NCBI RefSeq assembly: GCF_000143415.4
Contig: NW_003314261.1
Span: 5,831,510 to 5,895,509 of the forward strand
DNA from: Selaginella moellendorffii
Lineage: Eukaryota > Plantae > Lycopodiophyta
Direction of reading: 5' to 3'
DNA length: 64,000 nucleotides
The position numbers and the translations under genes are program-made. Shown in pieces: positions 26,231 through 39,838 of this stretch (its first letter is position 1; every line of letters starts with the position of its first letter). The notes beneath the pieces are model-generated. The model did not search any database. It saw only the letters and a program-made list of their open reading frames with translations, and was not told the origin of the DNA.

Positions 26231-26382
26231 CAGCCATGGCTCAGAAACTATTCACGTTTGTAGTACTTCTCCAAGACTGGGCCCAAGAACACATGACCTG
26301 AGCAAGGTCCCCAATTTGAAGATCACCTGAATACTTAGGTGGAGAAGTACTACAAGCGTGAATAGTACCTGAGCCATGGCTG
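26231..26382. repeat. 43-bp inverted repeat / hairpin (unit 1)
   Basis: cagccatggctcagaaactattcacgtttgtagtacttctcca pairs with tggagaagtactacaagcgtgaatagtacctgagccatggctg (3 mismatches, 66-nt loop). Confidence 0.9.
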
Positions 26383-26649
26383 TCAGCAAGTTGTAAAATT
26401 GTCACAGTGTTGTGTACAATTGGATGCTATTTTTGTTGGTGAGGCATCTTGTTTTAGATCTTAAGGCCCAACTAAGAATCCAAGTACAAACTTTGTTTTC
26501 ATAACAAATTTGATTCTCAAATTTCAAGATTATGTTTGACTAAATCAGATTGTATAAATTTAAATTCAAAGTCGACAAAAAAGTCATCAAAACTTTTGAA
26601 AATTCATTCCTTGGAGGAAGGCCAAAACTTTGGGTAATTTGGTCAGAGT

Positions 26650-26930
26650 ATGAAGGTGTACTTCAGGGCTAGTCTATATGCATTTCCATTAATCATGGTC
26701 GTCATTGCATTTGCTGCCAAAAAGGGAGTAGTTACCATTATTATTACCTTTCCTTTACCAGGTTATGCTAGACTAGTTAATATAGAGGTTAGAAGATTGA
26801 CTTTGATAAAAGTTCCAATTAAATTTTCATATTACCAAGTTATACAGATGAGGCCATTTTAACAACTCAAGACTGAGAATCATATGCTATGATTAGCATT
26901 TTTATTGCCAGCTTTATTAAAATTGTCCAA
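26650..26930 (+). pseudogene. MiAMP1-like peptide relic, unit 1
   Basis: Nucleotide-colinear with the gene at 54232 (ATGAAGGTG..., CCAGGT, GATTGACTTTGAT, ACTCAAGA, CAGCTTT). Cys TGT codons are changed to TAT and there is an internal deletion. Confidence 0.8.
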
Positions 26931-28210
26931 GAACTTTGTGATATTGATATTGCATAAAGTTGTTGGCCATTCTAGACCAATATAGATTTATTTTTGCATA
27001 TTTCCTTTAGGACTTCTAAATAAGTAGAAATAATTATAAATTACATAAATTTTGCAAAAATAATTCTAAACTGGTGTTTAATATTTCTTTATTAAAATTT
27101 TATCACACCCCTTTTGATCTCGTTCATATTCCACCCCACTTTCTCCACAAGTCAGCACTAGTGAGTAGGAGTTTGAGATACTTGATTTGAAATACTAATA
27201 TCACAAACATTAGATATTTTATTAGTGATTGTATTTAGGTGCTTGCTTCTTATCTTACTCATGCTTCTAAGTTGCTTACTAATTTCCATCATTGAAACCT
27301 AATCCTTCATCAATTTAATTGCCATTTGATGCTTCAAAAGATATTAAATATGTTTGGCATCTTTTACATAGGATCAGGGCACAAATCAAACCCTAAACCC
27401 CTGCTCAGCATATATAGTGGGCATCTAGAATTAGTAAATTAGTTTTTAAATCCAATTTTTCTTTTTATTGTTTTAGTATTTTATTGGTAGTTTCATCCCC
27501 TGCTCTCAATGATGAGCTTGTGACATATGATATATAATTTTTATTATTACCTATATTCATTAAAATTAGTTATGCTAACTAAAATTTATTATAAAAATAT
27601 TTTTTATAATAAAAAATAAATTAAAATCAAAAGTAATTAAAGGAAGGTAAGATAAGTAGAATCCAAAATGATAGCTGAAAATATTATTATTTATACTCAT
27701 ATAAATGTAAAAATGCTTTCCAATTTACAAGATATAGAGAATTATTTTGGTATATGAGCTTTAAAAAATTACTTATTTCGTATAAGAATTAAATATAGCA
27801 TAAAATTTTTTTTAATATGTTATAAATTAAGTACTAACAATGCATACTCAACCTATCCCCTTTTTTGGAACCTTTAATTTATCAACTAGCTATTGATAAA
27901 AGGTCTAGTAATACTTAAAAGATGAATATTTAAAAAGACTTACCAACAAATAATTTTGGATACCCACAATCACATTCGACAAACTTTTAATATTTGATAA
28001 ATAACTTTTGATACCCATAGTCACATTCATGACACTTAAAACTAATATCAAATTTGACTCTACAAAAGTTCTCACCTTCATTGAAGACAATAAAGTGAAA
28101 GAAAGAGATTGATCACAGCAGAAACACCATTATTCTCCCCTTTGTGCCAATTGGCATGATTTTATTTTCAAAAAAAGGTAAATATAAACAAAGAACAAAA
28201 GCTTGGAACA

Positions 28211-29061
28211 TTAAATCTTGGTGGCAATGTCTCAGCCGGGATCACACACACTAGGCGGGGCCAACTCAAGCTGGGGTGTATATGGCAGCATATTGGCCTT
28301 TTGAGCTCCCTTATCATGTCCAGTTCTACGTTAAGCACTGTCTCAATGGACCTGTCCGGAATCATCAACAGAGCACCACCACTTGTCTGTAGAAACAGAT
28401 ACACAAAATTATTAAGAAAAAAGAATAACATAAATAACTTCAGAAAAAAGCAAGGAAGCTGGCGATGTTGTTTTCTTTACCAGAATTCCTGTTGAGAGCC
28501 GAGATGTAAATCGCAGGCTTGGTCCCAACGTTGAGCTGAAAGTACATCATTCGTCACAGGAAAACTGTGAGATCGCCTGGGTACAAGAGGTTGATGCGTG
28601 GTACTTCTGGAAAATCACGTAGTATTCAATGAACTTTACGAGATCAAGATCGAGAGATCGGTCTTATTTCCTACCGCCTGTATCAACGAAGCCAACTTGA
28701 AGTGGCCCAACGGAGACCATGGTCAGGAGCTCCGAAGCTCGAGGGTGCGTGTGTGGGACATTGACTCCCCAAGGAACCATATGAATGTGGACACCTTGAG
28801 ACCTTCATAGAAACAAACGAAAGAACAAGCCATGAGTTTTGAGAACTGAAAAAAGAATACGTGATTCCTGGGAAGATTGTCGTGTTGATTGCAGCACGAA
28901 CACCACGGGGTCTATTGCGAACATCCCCATTAACATCTCGTAGCACGAAATCGCTAAGAGCTCCCTACCTTGCGAAATCTCGCAGTGGATCGGGATCGGC
29001 AGCGACTAACACATTCAAGCACCCAAGATCATCACTGCCAACAAAGCTTCTTGAAATCCAA
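28211..29061 (-). pseudogene. Germin-like paralog B, copy 2
   Basis: DPDPLRDF and VPWGVNVPHTHPRASELL retained; TTG start, frameshifts, and the deleted exon 3 end. Confidence 0.8.
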
Positions 29062-29117
29062 CGGTAAAGAAAAAAAGTATCGAAATGCGATCAATGTCTC
29101 GTGCTTGAGAAACAATG

Positions 29118-29153
<36 letters not shown>

Positions 29154-29639
29154 TAAAAAGAAAAGGTAAGAACGAAATGAGGGAAGAGGGCATGGAGTTT
29201 GCATGCATGCATTCAAGAGAACGTGTGCTTTAGGAAAATTTCTTAATTCAAATTCCTTACAGCCTTCGAAGACTTATCCCAGTAACAATCTCTTTATCAT
29301 ATCTCGACTTTTCTCGTAGAAAAGGTTTTTAACCATTTGAAAAGTTAGTTGGGGCATTGCAAGAATCCCAAAGAGACCACTAGCCATTACATCCGCTCCA
29401 TTAAGTCAAGCTTTAGTGATACAGCGATCAAGTCACTCACTACCCTCATCCACAGCGCTCCCTCTTAGGTAGAGGGTTACGCCAGCCCCTAGGTAGTCGG
29501 TGTTAGGCAGCTGCCCTGCCGTCCAGCAGCACGAGACGAGCATTTTCTTGCTTCGAAATAAAGTCAGCCTTTAAATATAAGTGTTAACAGCACACTACAG
29601 CCAAACAAGTCAAGGTACAGTGGACAATGTAAATGGACC

Positions 29640-30488
29640 TTAAATCTTGGTGGTGATGTCTCGGCCGGGAACGCACACAGCGGGCGGGGCCAACTCGAGC
29701 CGGGGCGTATATGGCAGCATATTGGCCTTGAGCTTCCGGATCACGTCCAGCCCTACGTTGAGCGCAGTTGCAGCGGACCTGTCCGGGATCATCAAGAGAG
29801 CACCACCACTTGTCTACACACACACATCACTAAAACGTTAAGAGAAAAGCCGAGATAAGTTTTTTGTTTACCAGAGTTCCTGGGTTTTGGCTGTTGAGAG
29901 CCGAGATGTAAAACGCAGGCTTGGTCCCGACGTTGATCTCAAAGTGCATCGTTCCCCGCGGGAATATCGTGATATCGCCCGGGTTCAAGAGGTTGATGCG
30001 TGGTACTCCTGGAAAATCACCCCATATGTTCTTTATAAGATCGAGAGAGAGAGAATCTTATTTTCCTACCAGCTGTATCCACGAATCCAACTTGAAGTGG
30101 CCCGCCAGAGATCATGGTGAGGAGCTCGGAAGCTCGAGGGTGCGTGTGTGGGAGATTGACTCCACAGGGAACCATGTTAAAGTGTACATAAGTTATCCCT
30201 TGAGACCTGCAAAGAAAACCAAGGAAAACCTCGATTGGGATCTCCAGAGGCAAAGAGTTAAGAAAAGCACGTGATTCCTGGGAACAGTGTCGTGTTGATT
30301 GCTGCGCGAACGCCACCGGGTCCATTGCTCACGACGCCATTCTTGAACACATCTCGCAGCACGAAATCGCTAAGAGCTCCCGACCCCTCGAAATCTCGCA
30401 GCGGATCGGGGTCGGCAGCGCTCACAAACACATTCGCGGCGGCAGCGCCTAGGATCATTACCACCAGCATCAACTTCTTGGACTCCAT
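29640..30488 (-). CDS. Germin-like protein A, copy 2 (intact, 4 exons, secreted cupin)
   Basis: MESKKLMLVVMILGAAAANVFVSA-ADPDPLRDF...; box B VPCGVNLPHTHPRASE; box C GDITIFPRGTMHFEIN; SALNSQNPG; three GT-AG introns; TATATAAA at 30574-30581. Confidence 0.9.
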
Positions 30489-32153
30489 CGCTCGAGATCT
30501 CAAAAGAAGATTGTTCTTCAGAAACTTCGATTCAGGAAGAGGGGCGAACGATGATAAGTCTAAGAGTGTGGGGTTTATATACTGTGGCAAGTCTCAAAGT
30601 CAGAGATTAAAAACTCTCCAAAAACACGCGTAGTCTCAATTGCCAATCTGGTTACGTTTCTAAATTACGAAAAAAATTAAGGTAAAACTATTTTGACCTG
30701 ACCAGGTCTCACTCACGTTCCAAATCGTAGATTTTACGAATGGATACATACTCACAAGTTCTTACAAGCCAATCCTTTGATTGTTTTAGATGGAAACTTC
30801 CACAATAAAAAACATGACGTAGAGTCTTTGGTACATACAAGGAGACCTCACACTTGTGAGAAACGGGAAATATTTTCTCCTCTTTTTTGTTCGCTCGATG
30901 TGCTGTGTCTGTCATAATCTATAACTAGTGGAAGAATTATCGCAAAAGCAAAACAGAGAAGAAGATAGCTCACGCAAGAATCAGGCTGAACTCTCTCCAT
31001 CGAATCCGTACGTGTCCTCCACGCAAACCTGGAGAGAAACTTTAGCTCAAAGTTTTGTTACCTTTTCCCCAGGATACACCGTCTTGGATGACGCACTTCT
31101 CTTGGGTTCCAGAACAATCAGATATTTCTCGCGACAGGCTTCTAGGGAGGAGACGTTACTGTTTAAATCAGTGAAAATTAGTAGACCATAAATCAAACTC
31201 AGCTTAGCATCCCCAGCTTCTCCAGCGATGCGTCTTTCTTGGAAAATCCAATGACACATCACCCGGGGAAACTCCACTACGTCGGACTTTGGAGAGTGCA
31301 TCCGCCACACCCAAACAATCCGGCCATGATTCTTAAAGTGGCCTTCCCTTCCGAATATTCTTGTAACGAGTTTTGCAATGGTTTTAGCTCGTACCAGCGG
31401 AGATTTGTGCTGCCGTGTGGATAGAGGAGCTTGATCATGTCACGCAACAGAATGGTTTCTATCGGGAAAATCCAGAAGCAGCTTTCGACTTGGTACTCTG
31501 AAAGTCGATACAAGCATTCTCTGTTTTCTTTACTTTCTTTAAATCCAGGCTTTGCAAAGTGTGTCGAGTTCCAGCTAGTTTTGGAGCCTACAAGAGGAAA
31601 CGAGCAAGAAAACTGTTGCATAGGGTTCGGAGGAAAAGGATCGTTGGAGAATTTGATTTTCTCTCTAAAGTGGAAGCAACTCAGGTAATATATAGTAAGA
31701 TCAAATAATTCTCGAAAATATTGTTGGTGGTGATTGTGGATCATCATCACCACCATTAATGATGGCGAAGAATGGCGGACCATGGGGGAGTGATGTAAGT
31801 TCAGTCCCATGCTCCTCAGTCGGACACACATGATTATGACAGTGAAAAAGTGGTTCATTTATACACTTCTTACATGGATTTTTTCTTCTTCTTTTTGCCT
31901 TCGTACAATTACAGATTGCAAGCTGGCCTAAAATTTCCACTAATGATTTCATGTATCTAATCTCAAAATATGGTGTCAAAGTTGGTGTAACCAACAAGGT
32001 TGATGGCATTCAGACTATTACATCGTGGAGGCAGCTAATACCCATTCAATCAAGGGAAAATCTATGGTTGGGAAATTTTTAATGCGAATGGAAGTCAGAG
32101 TGCAAAGAATGCCAATAGCAACAGCTAAAGCCCCGTATAGAATGGATGAAGAA

Positions 32154-32305
32154 CAGCCATGGCTCAGAAACTATTCACGTTTGTAGTACTTCTCCAAGAC
32201 TGGGCCCAAGAACACATGACCTGAGCAAGGTCCCCAATTTGAAGATCACCTGAATACTTAGGTGGAGAAGTACTACAAGCGTGAATAGTACCTGAGCCAT
32301 GGCTG
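32154..32305. repeat. 43-bp inverted repeat / hairpin (unit 2)
   Basis: Identical to 26231-26382. Confidence 0.9.
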
Positions 32306-32579
32306 TCAGCAAGTTGTAAAATTGTCACAGTGTTGTGTACAATTGGATGCTATTTTTGTTGGTGAGGCATCTTGTTTTAGATCTTAAGGCCCAACTAAGA
32401 ATCCAAGTACAAACTTTGTTTTCATAACAAATTTGATTCTCAAATTTCAAGATTATGTTTGACTAAATCAGATTGTATCAGAGTAAATTTAAATTCAAAA
32501 GTCGACAAAAAAGTCATCGAAACTTTTGAAAATTCATTCCTTGGAGGAAGGCCAAAACTTTGGGTAATTTGGTCAGAGT

Positions 32580-32862
32580 ATGAAGGTGTACTTCAGGGCT
32601 AGTCTATATGCATTTCCATTAATCATGGTCGTCATTGCATTTGCTGCCAAAAAGTGTGGGAGTAGTTACCATTATTATTACCTTTCTTTTACCAGGTTAT
32701 GCTAGACTAGTTAATATAGAGGTTAGAAGATTGACTTTGATAAAAGTTCCAATTAAATTTTCATATTACCAAGTTATACAGATGAGGCCATTGTAACAAC
32801 TCAAGACTGAGAATCATATACTATGGCTAGCATTTTTATTACCAGCTTTATTATAAATTCCA
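32580..32862 (+). pseudogene. MiAMP1-like peptide relic, unit 2
   Basis: As for unit 1, with a frameshift after the signal peptide. Confidence 0.8.
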
Positions 32863-33902
32863 AGAACTTTGTGATATGTGCCATTACATAAAGTTGTTAG
32901 CCCCTCTAGACCAATATAGATTTACCTTTGCATGGTAACTTTAGAACTTCAAAATAAGTAGAAATTATAAATTACATAAATTTTGCAAAAATAATTCTAA
33001 ACTGGTGTTTAATATTTCTTTATTAAAATTTTATCACACCCCTTTTGATCCCATTCATATTCCACCACCACTTTCTCCATAAGTCAGCACTAGTGAGTAG
33101 AAGTTTGAGCTTGCTATTATACTTGACTTGACAAACTTTAGATGTTTTATTAGTGATTGTATTTGGGTGCTTGCTTCTTATCTTACTCATGCTTTTAAGT
33201 TGCTTAGTATTGAAACCTAATTTTATATCAATTCAATTGCCATTTAATGCTCAGCATCACACAAGTTAAACCCTAAACCCCTGCTCAGAAGGCTTAGTAA
33301 ATTAGTTTTCAAATCCATGTTTTAGTATTTTATTGGTATTTTCATCCCCTCCTCTCTGATATATATACTTTATTATTACCTATATTCATTAAAATTAGTT
33401 ATTATAGAAATATATGTTTATAATAAAAAATAAATTAGAATCAAAATTAATCAAAGGAATGTAAGTAGAATCCAAAATGATAGCTGAAAATATTATTATT
33501 TATCCTCATTAAAAAAAATTATAAATATAAAAATGCTTTTCAATTTACTAGATATAGAGAATTATTTTGTTATATGAGCTTTAATAAATTACTCATTTTT
33601 CATAAGAATTAAATATAGCAAAAAAAATTTTTAACATGTTATAAATTAAGTACCAATAATGCATATCCGCTTGAAACTTTCTAGTTTCTCAATTAACTTG
33701 GGTAGAGACTAATAAAGGGTTTAGCAATATACTATTATAATTTTTGATACCCACAATCACATTCATGACACTTGAAACTAAAATCAAATCCGACTTTACA
33801 GAAGTTCTCACCTTCATTGATAATGAAGTGAAATAAAGAGATTGATCGCAATGGCATGATTTTTTTATTTAAAAAGGTAAATGTAAACAAAGAAGAGGAA
33901 CA

Positions 33903-34291
33903 TTAAATCTTGGTGGCAATGTTTTGCCAAGGAATGCACACATTGGGCGGGGCCAACTCGAGCTGGGGTGTATATAGCAGCATATTGGCCTTGAGCTCCC
34001 TTATCATGTCCAGTTCTACATTAACCGCTGTTGCAGTGGACCTGTCTGGAATAATCAACAGAGCACCACCACTTGTCTGTAGAAACAGATACACAAAATT
34101 ATTAAGAAAAAGAATAAAGTAAATAACTTCAGAAAAAAACAAGAAGGAAGCTGGCGATGTTGTTTTGTTTACCAGAGTTCCTGGGTTTTGGCTGTTGAGA
34201 GCCGAGATGTAAATCGCAGGATTGGTCCAAAGTTGAGCTGAAAGTGCATCGGTCGTCACAGGAAAACCATGAGATCACAAGAGGTTGATGC
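33903..34291 (-). pseudogene. Germin-like paralog B, copy 3 (5' half deleted)
   Basis: Only exons 3-4 remain; the junction gttgatg/caaatgcg joins exon 3 to upstream sequence. Confidence 0.8.
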
Positions 34292-34325
34292 AAATGCGAT
34301 CAATGTCTCGTGCTTGAGAAACAAT

Positions 34326-34370
<45 letters not shown>

Positions 34371-34879
34371 CAAAGAAATGTAAAAAGAAAAAGTAAGAAC
34401 GAAATGAGGGAAGAGGGCATCGAGCTTGCATGCATGCATTCAAGAGAACGTGTGTTTTTGGAAAAAAATCTAATTCAAATTCCTTACAGCCTTCGAGTAA
34501 CAATCTCTTTATCATATCTCGACTTTTCTCGTAGAAAAGGTTTTTAACCATTTGAAAAAGTCAGTTGGGGCATTGCAGGAATCCCAAAGAGACCACTAGC
34601 CATTACATTTGCTCCATTAAGTCAAGCTTCGGTGACACAGCGATCAAGTCGCTCACTACTCTCATCCTCTACCTAGTGGTTTTTGCAATAGAAACCACTT
34701 GATCAACCACTACCCAAGCAATTCGCTGCAATGAAATCAGTAGGTAGAGGGTAAATCATCCAGAAAATCCAGCAGCAGCACGAGACTTGGACGCGACCAT
34801 TCTCTTGCTTCGAAACAAAGTCAGCCTTTAAATATAAGTGTTCCCATCAAAAAGCCAAACAAGTCAAGGATGGATCACT

Positions 34880-35749
34880 TTAGTTACAGTGGTCAATGTA
34901 AACAAAGGACTTAAATCTTGGTGGTGATGTCTCGGCCGCGGCGGGTGGGGCCAACTCGAGCCGGGGCGTATATGGCAGCATATTGGCCTTGAGCTTCCGG
35001 ATCACGTCCAGCCCTACGTTGAGCGCAGTTGCAGCGGACCTGTCCGGGATCATCAAGAGAGCACCACCACTTGTCTACACACACACATCAGAAAAACGTT
35101 AAGAGAAAAGCCGAGATAAGTTTTTTGTTTACCAGAGTTCCTGGGTTTTGGCTGTTGAGAGCCGAGATGTAAAACGCAGGCTTGATCCCGACGTTGATCT
35201 CAAAGTGCATCGTTCCCCGCGGGAATATCGTGATATCGCCCGGGTTCAAGAGGTTGATGCGTGGTACTCCTGGAAAATCACCCCATATGTTCTTTATAAG
35301 ATCGAGAGAGAGAGAATCTTATTTTCCTACCAGCTGTATCCACGAATCCAACTTGAAGTGGCCCGCCAGAGATCATGGTGAGGAGCTCGGAAGCTCGAGG
35401 GTGCGTGTGTGGGAGATTGACTCCACAGGGAACCATGTTAAAGTGTACATAAGTTATCCCTTGAGACCTGCAAAGAAAACCAAGGAAAACCTCGATTGGG
35501 ATCTCCAGAGGCAAAGAGTTAAGAAAAGCACGTGATTCCTGGGAACAGTGTCGTGTTGATTGCTGCGCGAACGCCACCGGGTCCATTGCTCACGACGCCA
35601 TTCTTGAACACATCTCGCAGCACGAAATCGCTAAGAGCTCCCGACCCCTCGAAATCTCGCAGCGGATCGGGGTCGGCAGCGCTCACAAACACATTCGCGG
35701 CGGCAGCGCCTAGGATCATTACCACCAGCATCAACTTCTTGGACTCCAT
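34880..35749 (-). CDS. Germin-like protein A, copy 3 (10-nt deletion gives a new C-terminus)
   Basis: Intact cupin core. Loss of ggaacgcaca near 34939 changes the tail to AAAETSPPRFKSFVYIDHCN*. Confidence 0.75.
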
Positions 35750-36034
35750 CGCTCGAGATCTCAAAAGAAGATTGTTCTTCAGAAACTTCGATTCAGGAAG
35801 AGGGGCGAACGATGATAAGTCTAAGAGTGTGGGGTTTATATACTGTGGCAAGTCTCAAAGTCAGAGATTAAAAACTCTCCAAAAACACAATTGCCAATCT
35901 GGTTACGTTTCTAAATCTTTTCTTTACGAAAACAATTAAGGTAAAACTATTTTGACCTGACCAGGTCTCACTCGCGTTCCAAATCCTGCATACATACTCA
36001 CAAGTTCTCGCAAACCAATCCTTTGATTGTTTTA

Positions 36035-37345
36035 GATGGAAACTTCCACAAGAAAAAACATGTCGTAGAGTTTTTGGTACATACAAGGGGACCTCACACT
36101 TGTGAAATATGGGAAATATTTTCTCCTTATTTTTGTTCGCTCGATGTGCTGTGTCTGTCATAATCTATAACTAGTGGAAGAATTATCGCGAAAGCAAAAC
36201 AGAGAAGAAGAAAGCTACGCAAGAATCGGGCTGAACTCCTCCACGCAAACCTGGAGAGAAACTTTAGCTTTACCTTTTCCCCAGGATACACCGTCTTGGA
36301 TGACGCACTTCTCTTGAGTTCCAGAACAATCAGATTTTTCTTACGACAAGGAGACGTTGGTGAATCAGTGAAAATTAGACCACAGATCAATCTCAGCTTA
36401 GCATCATCCAGCTTCTCCAGCGATGCGTCTTTCTTAGAAAATCCAATGACACATCACCCGGAGAAACTCCACGACGTCGGACTTCGGAGAAGGCATCCGC
36501 CACACCCAAACAATCCGGCCATGATTCTTAAAGTGGCCTTCCTTTCCGAATATTCTTGTAACGAGTTTTGCAATGGTTTTAACTCGTACCAGCGAATTGC
36601 TTGGAGATTTGTGCTGCCGGGTGGATAGAGGAGCTTGATCAGGTCACGCAACAGAATGGTTTCTCTCGAGAAAATCCAGAAGCAGCTTTCGACTTGGTAC
36701 TCTGAAAGTCGATACAAGCATTCTCTGTTTCCTTTACTTTCTTTAAATCCAGGTGATCACTTTGCAAAGTGTGTCGAGTTCCAGCTAGTTTTGGAGCCTA
36801 CAAGAGGAAACGAGCAAGAAAACTATTGCATAGAGTTCGCAGGAAAAGGATCGTTGGAGAATTTGATTTTCTCTTTCCAGCCATCTATGGTTGTAGAACA
36901 CCGGGAAGTCTCCGTGAAGGTTTTGCTCTAAAGTGGAAGCAACTCAGGTAATATATAGTAAGATCAAATAATTCTCGAAAATATTGTTGGTGGTGATTGT
37001 GGATCACCATCACCACCATTAATGATGGCGAAGAATGGCGGACCATGGAGGAGTGATGTAGGTTTAGTCCCATGCTCACACACATGATTATGACAGTGAA
37101 AAAGTGGTTCATTTATACGCTTCTTACATGGATTTTTTTTCTTCTTTTTGCCTTCGTACAATTACAGATTGCAAGCTGGCCTAAAATTTCCACTAATGAT
37201 TTCATGTATCTAATCTCGAAATATGGTGTCAAAGTTGGTGTAAGCAACAAGGTTGATGGCTCCACCCATTCAGACTATTACATCGTGGAGGCAGCTAATA
37301 CCCATTCAATCAAGGGAAAATTTATGGTTGGGAAATTTTTATGCG
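36035..37345 (+). pseudogene. Degenerate F-box-like gene relic (also at ~19580-26265 interrupted, ~30790-32190, ~41580-42890, ~47155-48361)
   Basis: Fragments CEIWEIFSPYFCSLDVLCLS (F-box-like), FLENPMT and DGEEWRTM, broken by stops and frameshifts. The family call is weak. Confidence 0.35.
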
Positions 37346-37590
37346 TCTCCAAGACTGGGCCCAAGAACACATGACGTGAGCAAGCCCAATTTGAAAATCA
37401 CCTGAATACTTTTTCTTTTCGAACTAAGAATTCAAGTACAAACTTTGTTTTCATAACAAATTTGATTCTCAATTTCAAGATTATGTTTGACTAAATCAGA
37501 TTGTATCAGAGTAAATTTAAATTCAAAAGTCGACTTTTGAAAATTCATTCCTTGGAGGAAGGCCAAAACTTTGGGTAATTTGGTCAGAAT

Positions 37591-37874
37591 ATGAAGGTGT
37601 ACTTCAAGGCTAGCCTATATGCATTTCCATTAATCATGGTCATCATTGCATTTGCTGCCAAAAAGTGTGGGAGTAGTTACCATTATTATTACCTTTCCTT
37701 TACCAGGTTATGCTAGACTAGTTAATATAGAGGTTAGAAGATTGACTTTGATAAAAGTTCCAATTAAAATTTCATATTACCAAGTTATACAGATGAGGCC
37801 ATTGTAACAACTCAAGACTGAGAATCATATGCTATGATTAGCATTTTTATTGCCAGCTTTATTATAATTGTCCA
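37591..37874 (+). pseudogene. MiAMP1-like peptide relic, unit 3
   Basis: Colinear with the 54232 gene; frameshifted, with Cys codons lost. Confidence 0.8.
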
Positions 37875-39123
37875 AGAACTTTGTGATATTGATATTGCAT
37901 AAAGTTGTTGGCCATTCTAGACCAATATAGATTTATTTTTGCATATTTCCTTTAGGACTTCTAAATAAGTAGAAATAATTATAAATTACATAAATTTTGC
38001 AAAAATAATTCTAAACTGGTGTTTAATATTTCTTTATTAAAATTTTATCACACCCCTTTTGATCTCGTTCATATTCCACCCCACTTTCTGCATAAGTCAG
38101 CACTAGTGAGTAGGAGTTTACATTACTTGATTTGAAATACTAGTATCACAAACTTTAGATATTTTATTAGTAATTTCTTCTTATCTTACTCATGCTTCTA
38201 AGTTGCTTATTAATTTCCATCATTGAAACCTAATCCTACATCAATATAATTGCCATTTGATGCTCAGCATCAAAAGGGATGATATTAAATATGTTTGCCA
38301 TCTTTCTATATTTACATAGGATTAGTAAGATCGTTTTTAAATCCAATTTTTTATTTTAATTGTTTTAGTATTTTATTGGTAGTTTCATCCCCTCCTCTCA
38401 ATGACGAGACATATGATGTATAATTTTTATTATTACCTATATTCATTAAAATTAGTTATGCTAACTAAAATTTATTATAAAATTGTTTAAAATAAAAAAT
38501 AAATTATAATCAAAAGTAATCAAAGGAAGGTAAGGTAAGTAGAATCCAAAATGATAGCTGAAAATATTTTTATTTATACTCATTAGCAAAATTTTATATA
38601 AACGTAAAAATGCTTTCCAATTTACTAGATATAGAGAATTATTTTATTATATGATCTTTAACAAATTACTCATTTTTTATAAGAATTAAATATAGCATAC
38701 AAAAAATTTTAATATGTAAGTACTACCAATGCATACCTAACCTATCCACTTTTTTGGAACCTTTAGTTTATCAACTAGCTATTGATAAAAGGTCTAGCAA
38801 TACTAACCTTCTAGTATTATGGCAATAAAAAATGAATACTTTAAAAGACTTACCAATATATAATTTTGGATACCCACAGTGACATTCAACAAGAAACTTT
38901 TGATATTTGATAAATAACTTTTAATACTCATAATCACATTTGTGACACTTGAAATTAATATCAAATTTGACTCTACAAAAGTTCTCACCTTCATTGAAGA
39001 CAATAAAGTGAAAGAAAGAGATTGATCACAGCAGAAACACCATTGTGCTCCCCTTTGTGCTAATTGGCATGATCTTTTTTTAAAAAAAAGGTAAATGTAA
39101 ACAAAGAAGAAAAACTTGGAACA

Positions 39124-39838
39124 TTATAGCCGGGAACACACTAGGCGGGGCCAACTCAAGCTGGGGTGTATATGGCAGCATATTGGCCTTTTGAGCTCCC
39201 TTATCATGTCCAGTTCTACGTTAAGCGCTGTCGCAGTGGACGTGTCCGGAATCATCAACAGAGCACAACCACTTGTCTGTAGAAACAGATACACAAAATT
39301 ATTAAGAAAAAAGAATAACGTAAATAACTTCAGAAAAAAGCAGATGCTTTTTTGTTTAGGAAAACCGTGAGATCGCCTGGGTACAAGAGGTTGATGCGTG
39401 GTACTTATCGTATTCAATGATCTATACGAGATCAAGATCGAGAGATTGGACATATTTCCTACCGCCTGTATCAACGAAGCCAACTTGAAGTGGCCCCCTG
39501 GAGACCATGGTCAGGAGCTCTGAAGCTCGAGGGTGCGTATGTGGGACATTGACTCCCCAAGGAACCATATGAATGTGGACACCTTGAGACCTTCATAGAA
39601 ACAAACGAAAGAACAAGCCATGATTTTTGAGAACTGAAAAAAGAATACGTGATTCCTGGGAAGATTGTCGTGTTGATTGCAGCCGGGTCTATTGCGAACA
39701 TCCCCATTAACATCTCGTAGCACGAAATCGCTAAGAGCTCCCTACCTTGCGAAATCTCGCAGTGGATCGGGATCGGCAGTGACTAACACATTCAAGCACC
39801 CAAGATCATCACTACCAACAAAGCTTCTTGAAATCCAA
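39124..39838 (-). pseudogene. Germin-like paralog B, copy 4
   Basis: TTG start, several deletions and a metal-ligand change (PHIR). Confidence 0.8.

Noticed and set aside
27388-27401. AAACCCTAAACCC (also ~33268 and ~43883) as an interstitial telomere
   Set aside because: Under two repeat units and copied with the array; at most a telo-box.
30489-30590. N-terminal extension MPQYINPTLL... on GLP-A ORFs
   Set aside because: It begins upstream of the TATATAAA box. MESKK starts a clean signal peptide and is the start in copy 5.
30271-30633. Recurrent plus-strand ORFs over GLP-A (also 29921, 35532, 41070, 46604)
   Set aside because: Antisense shadows of GC-rich GLP exons; they recur only because the unit is repeated.
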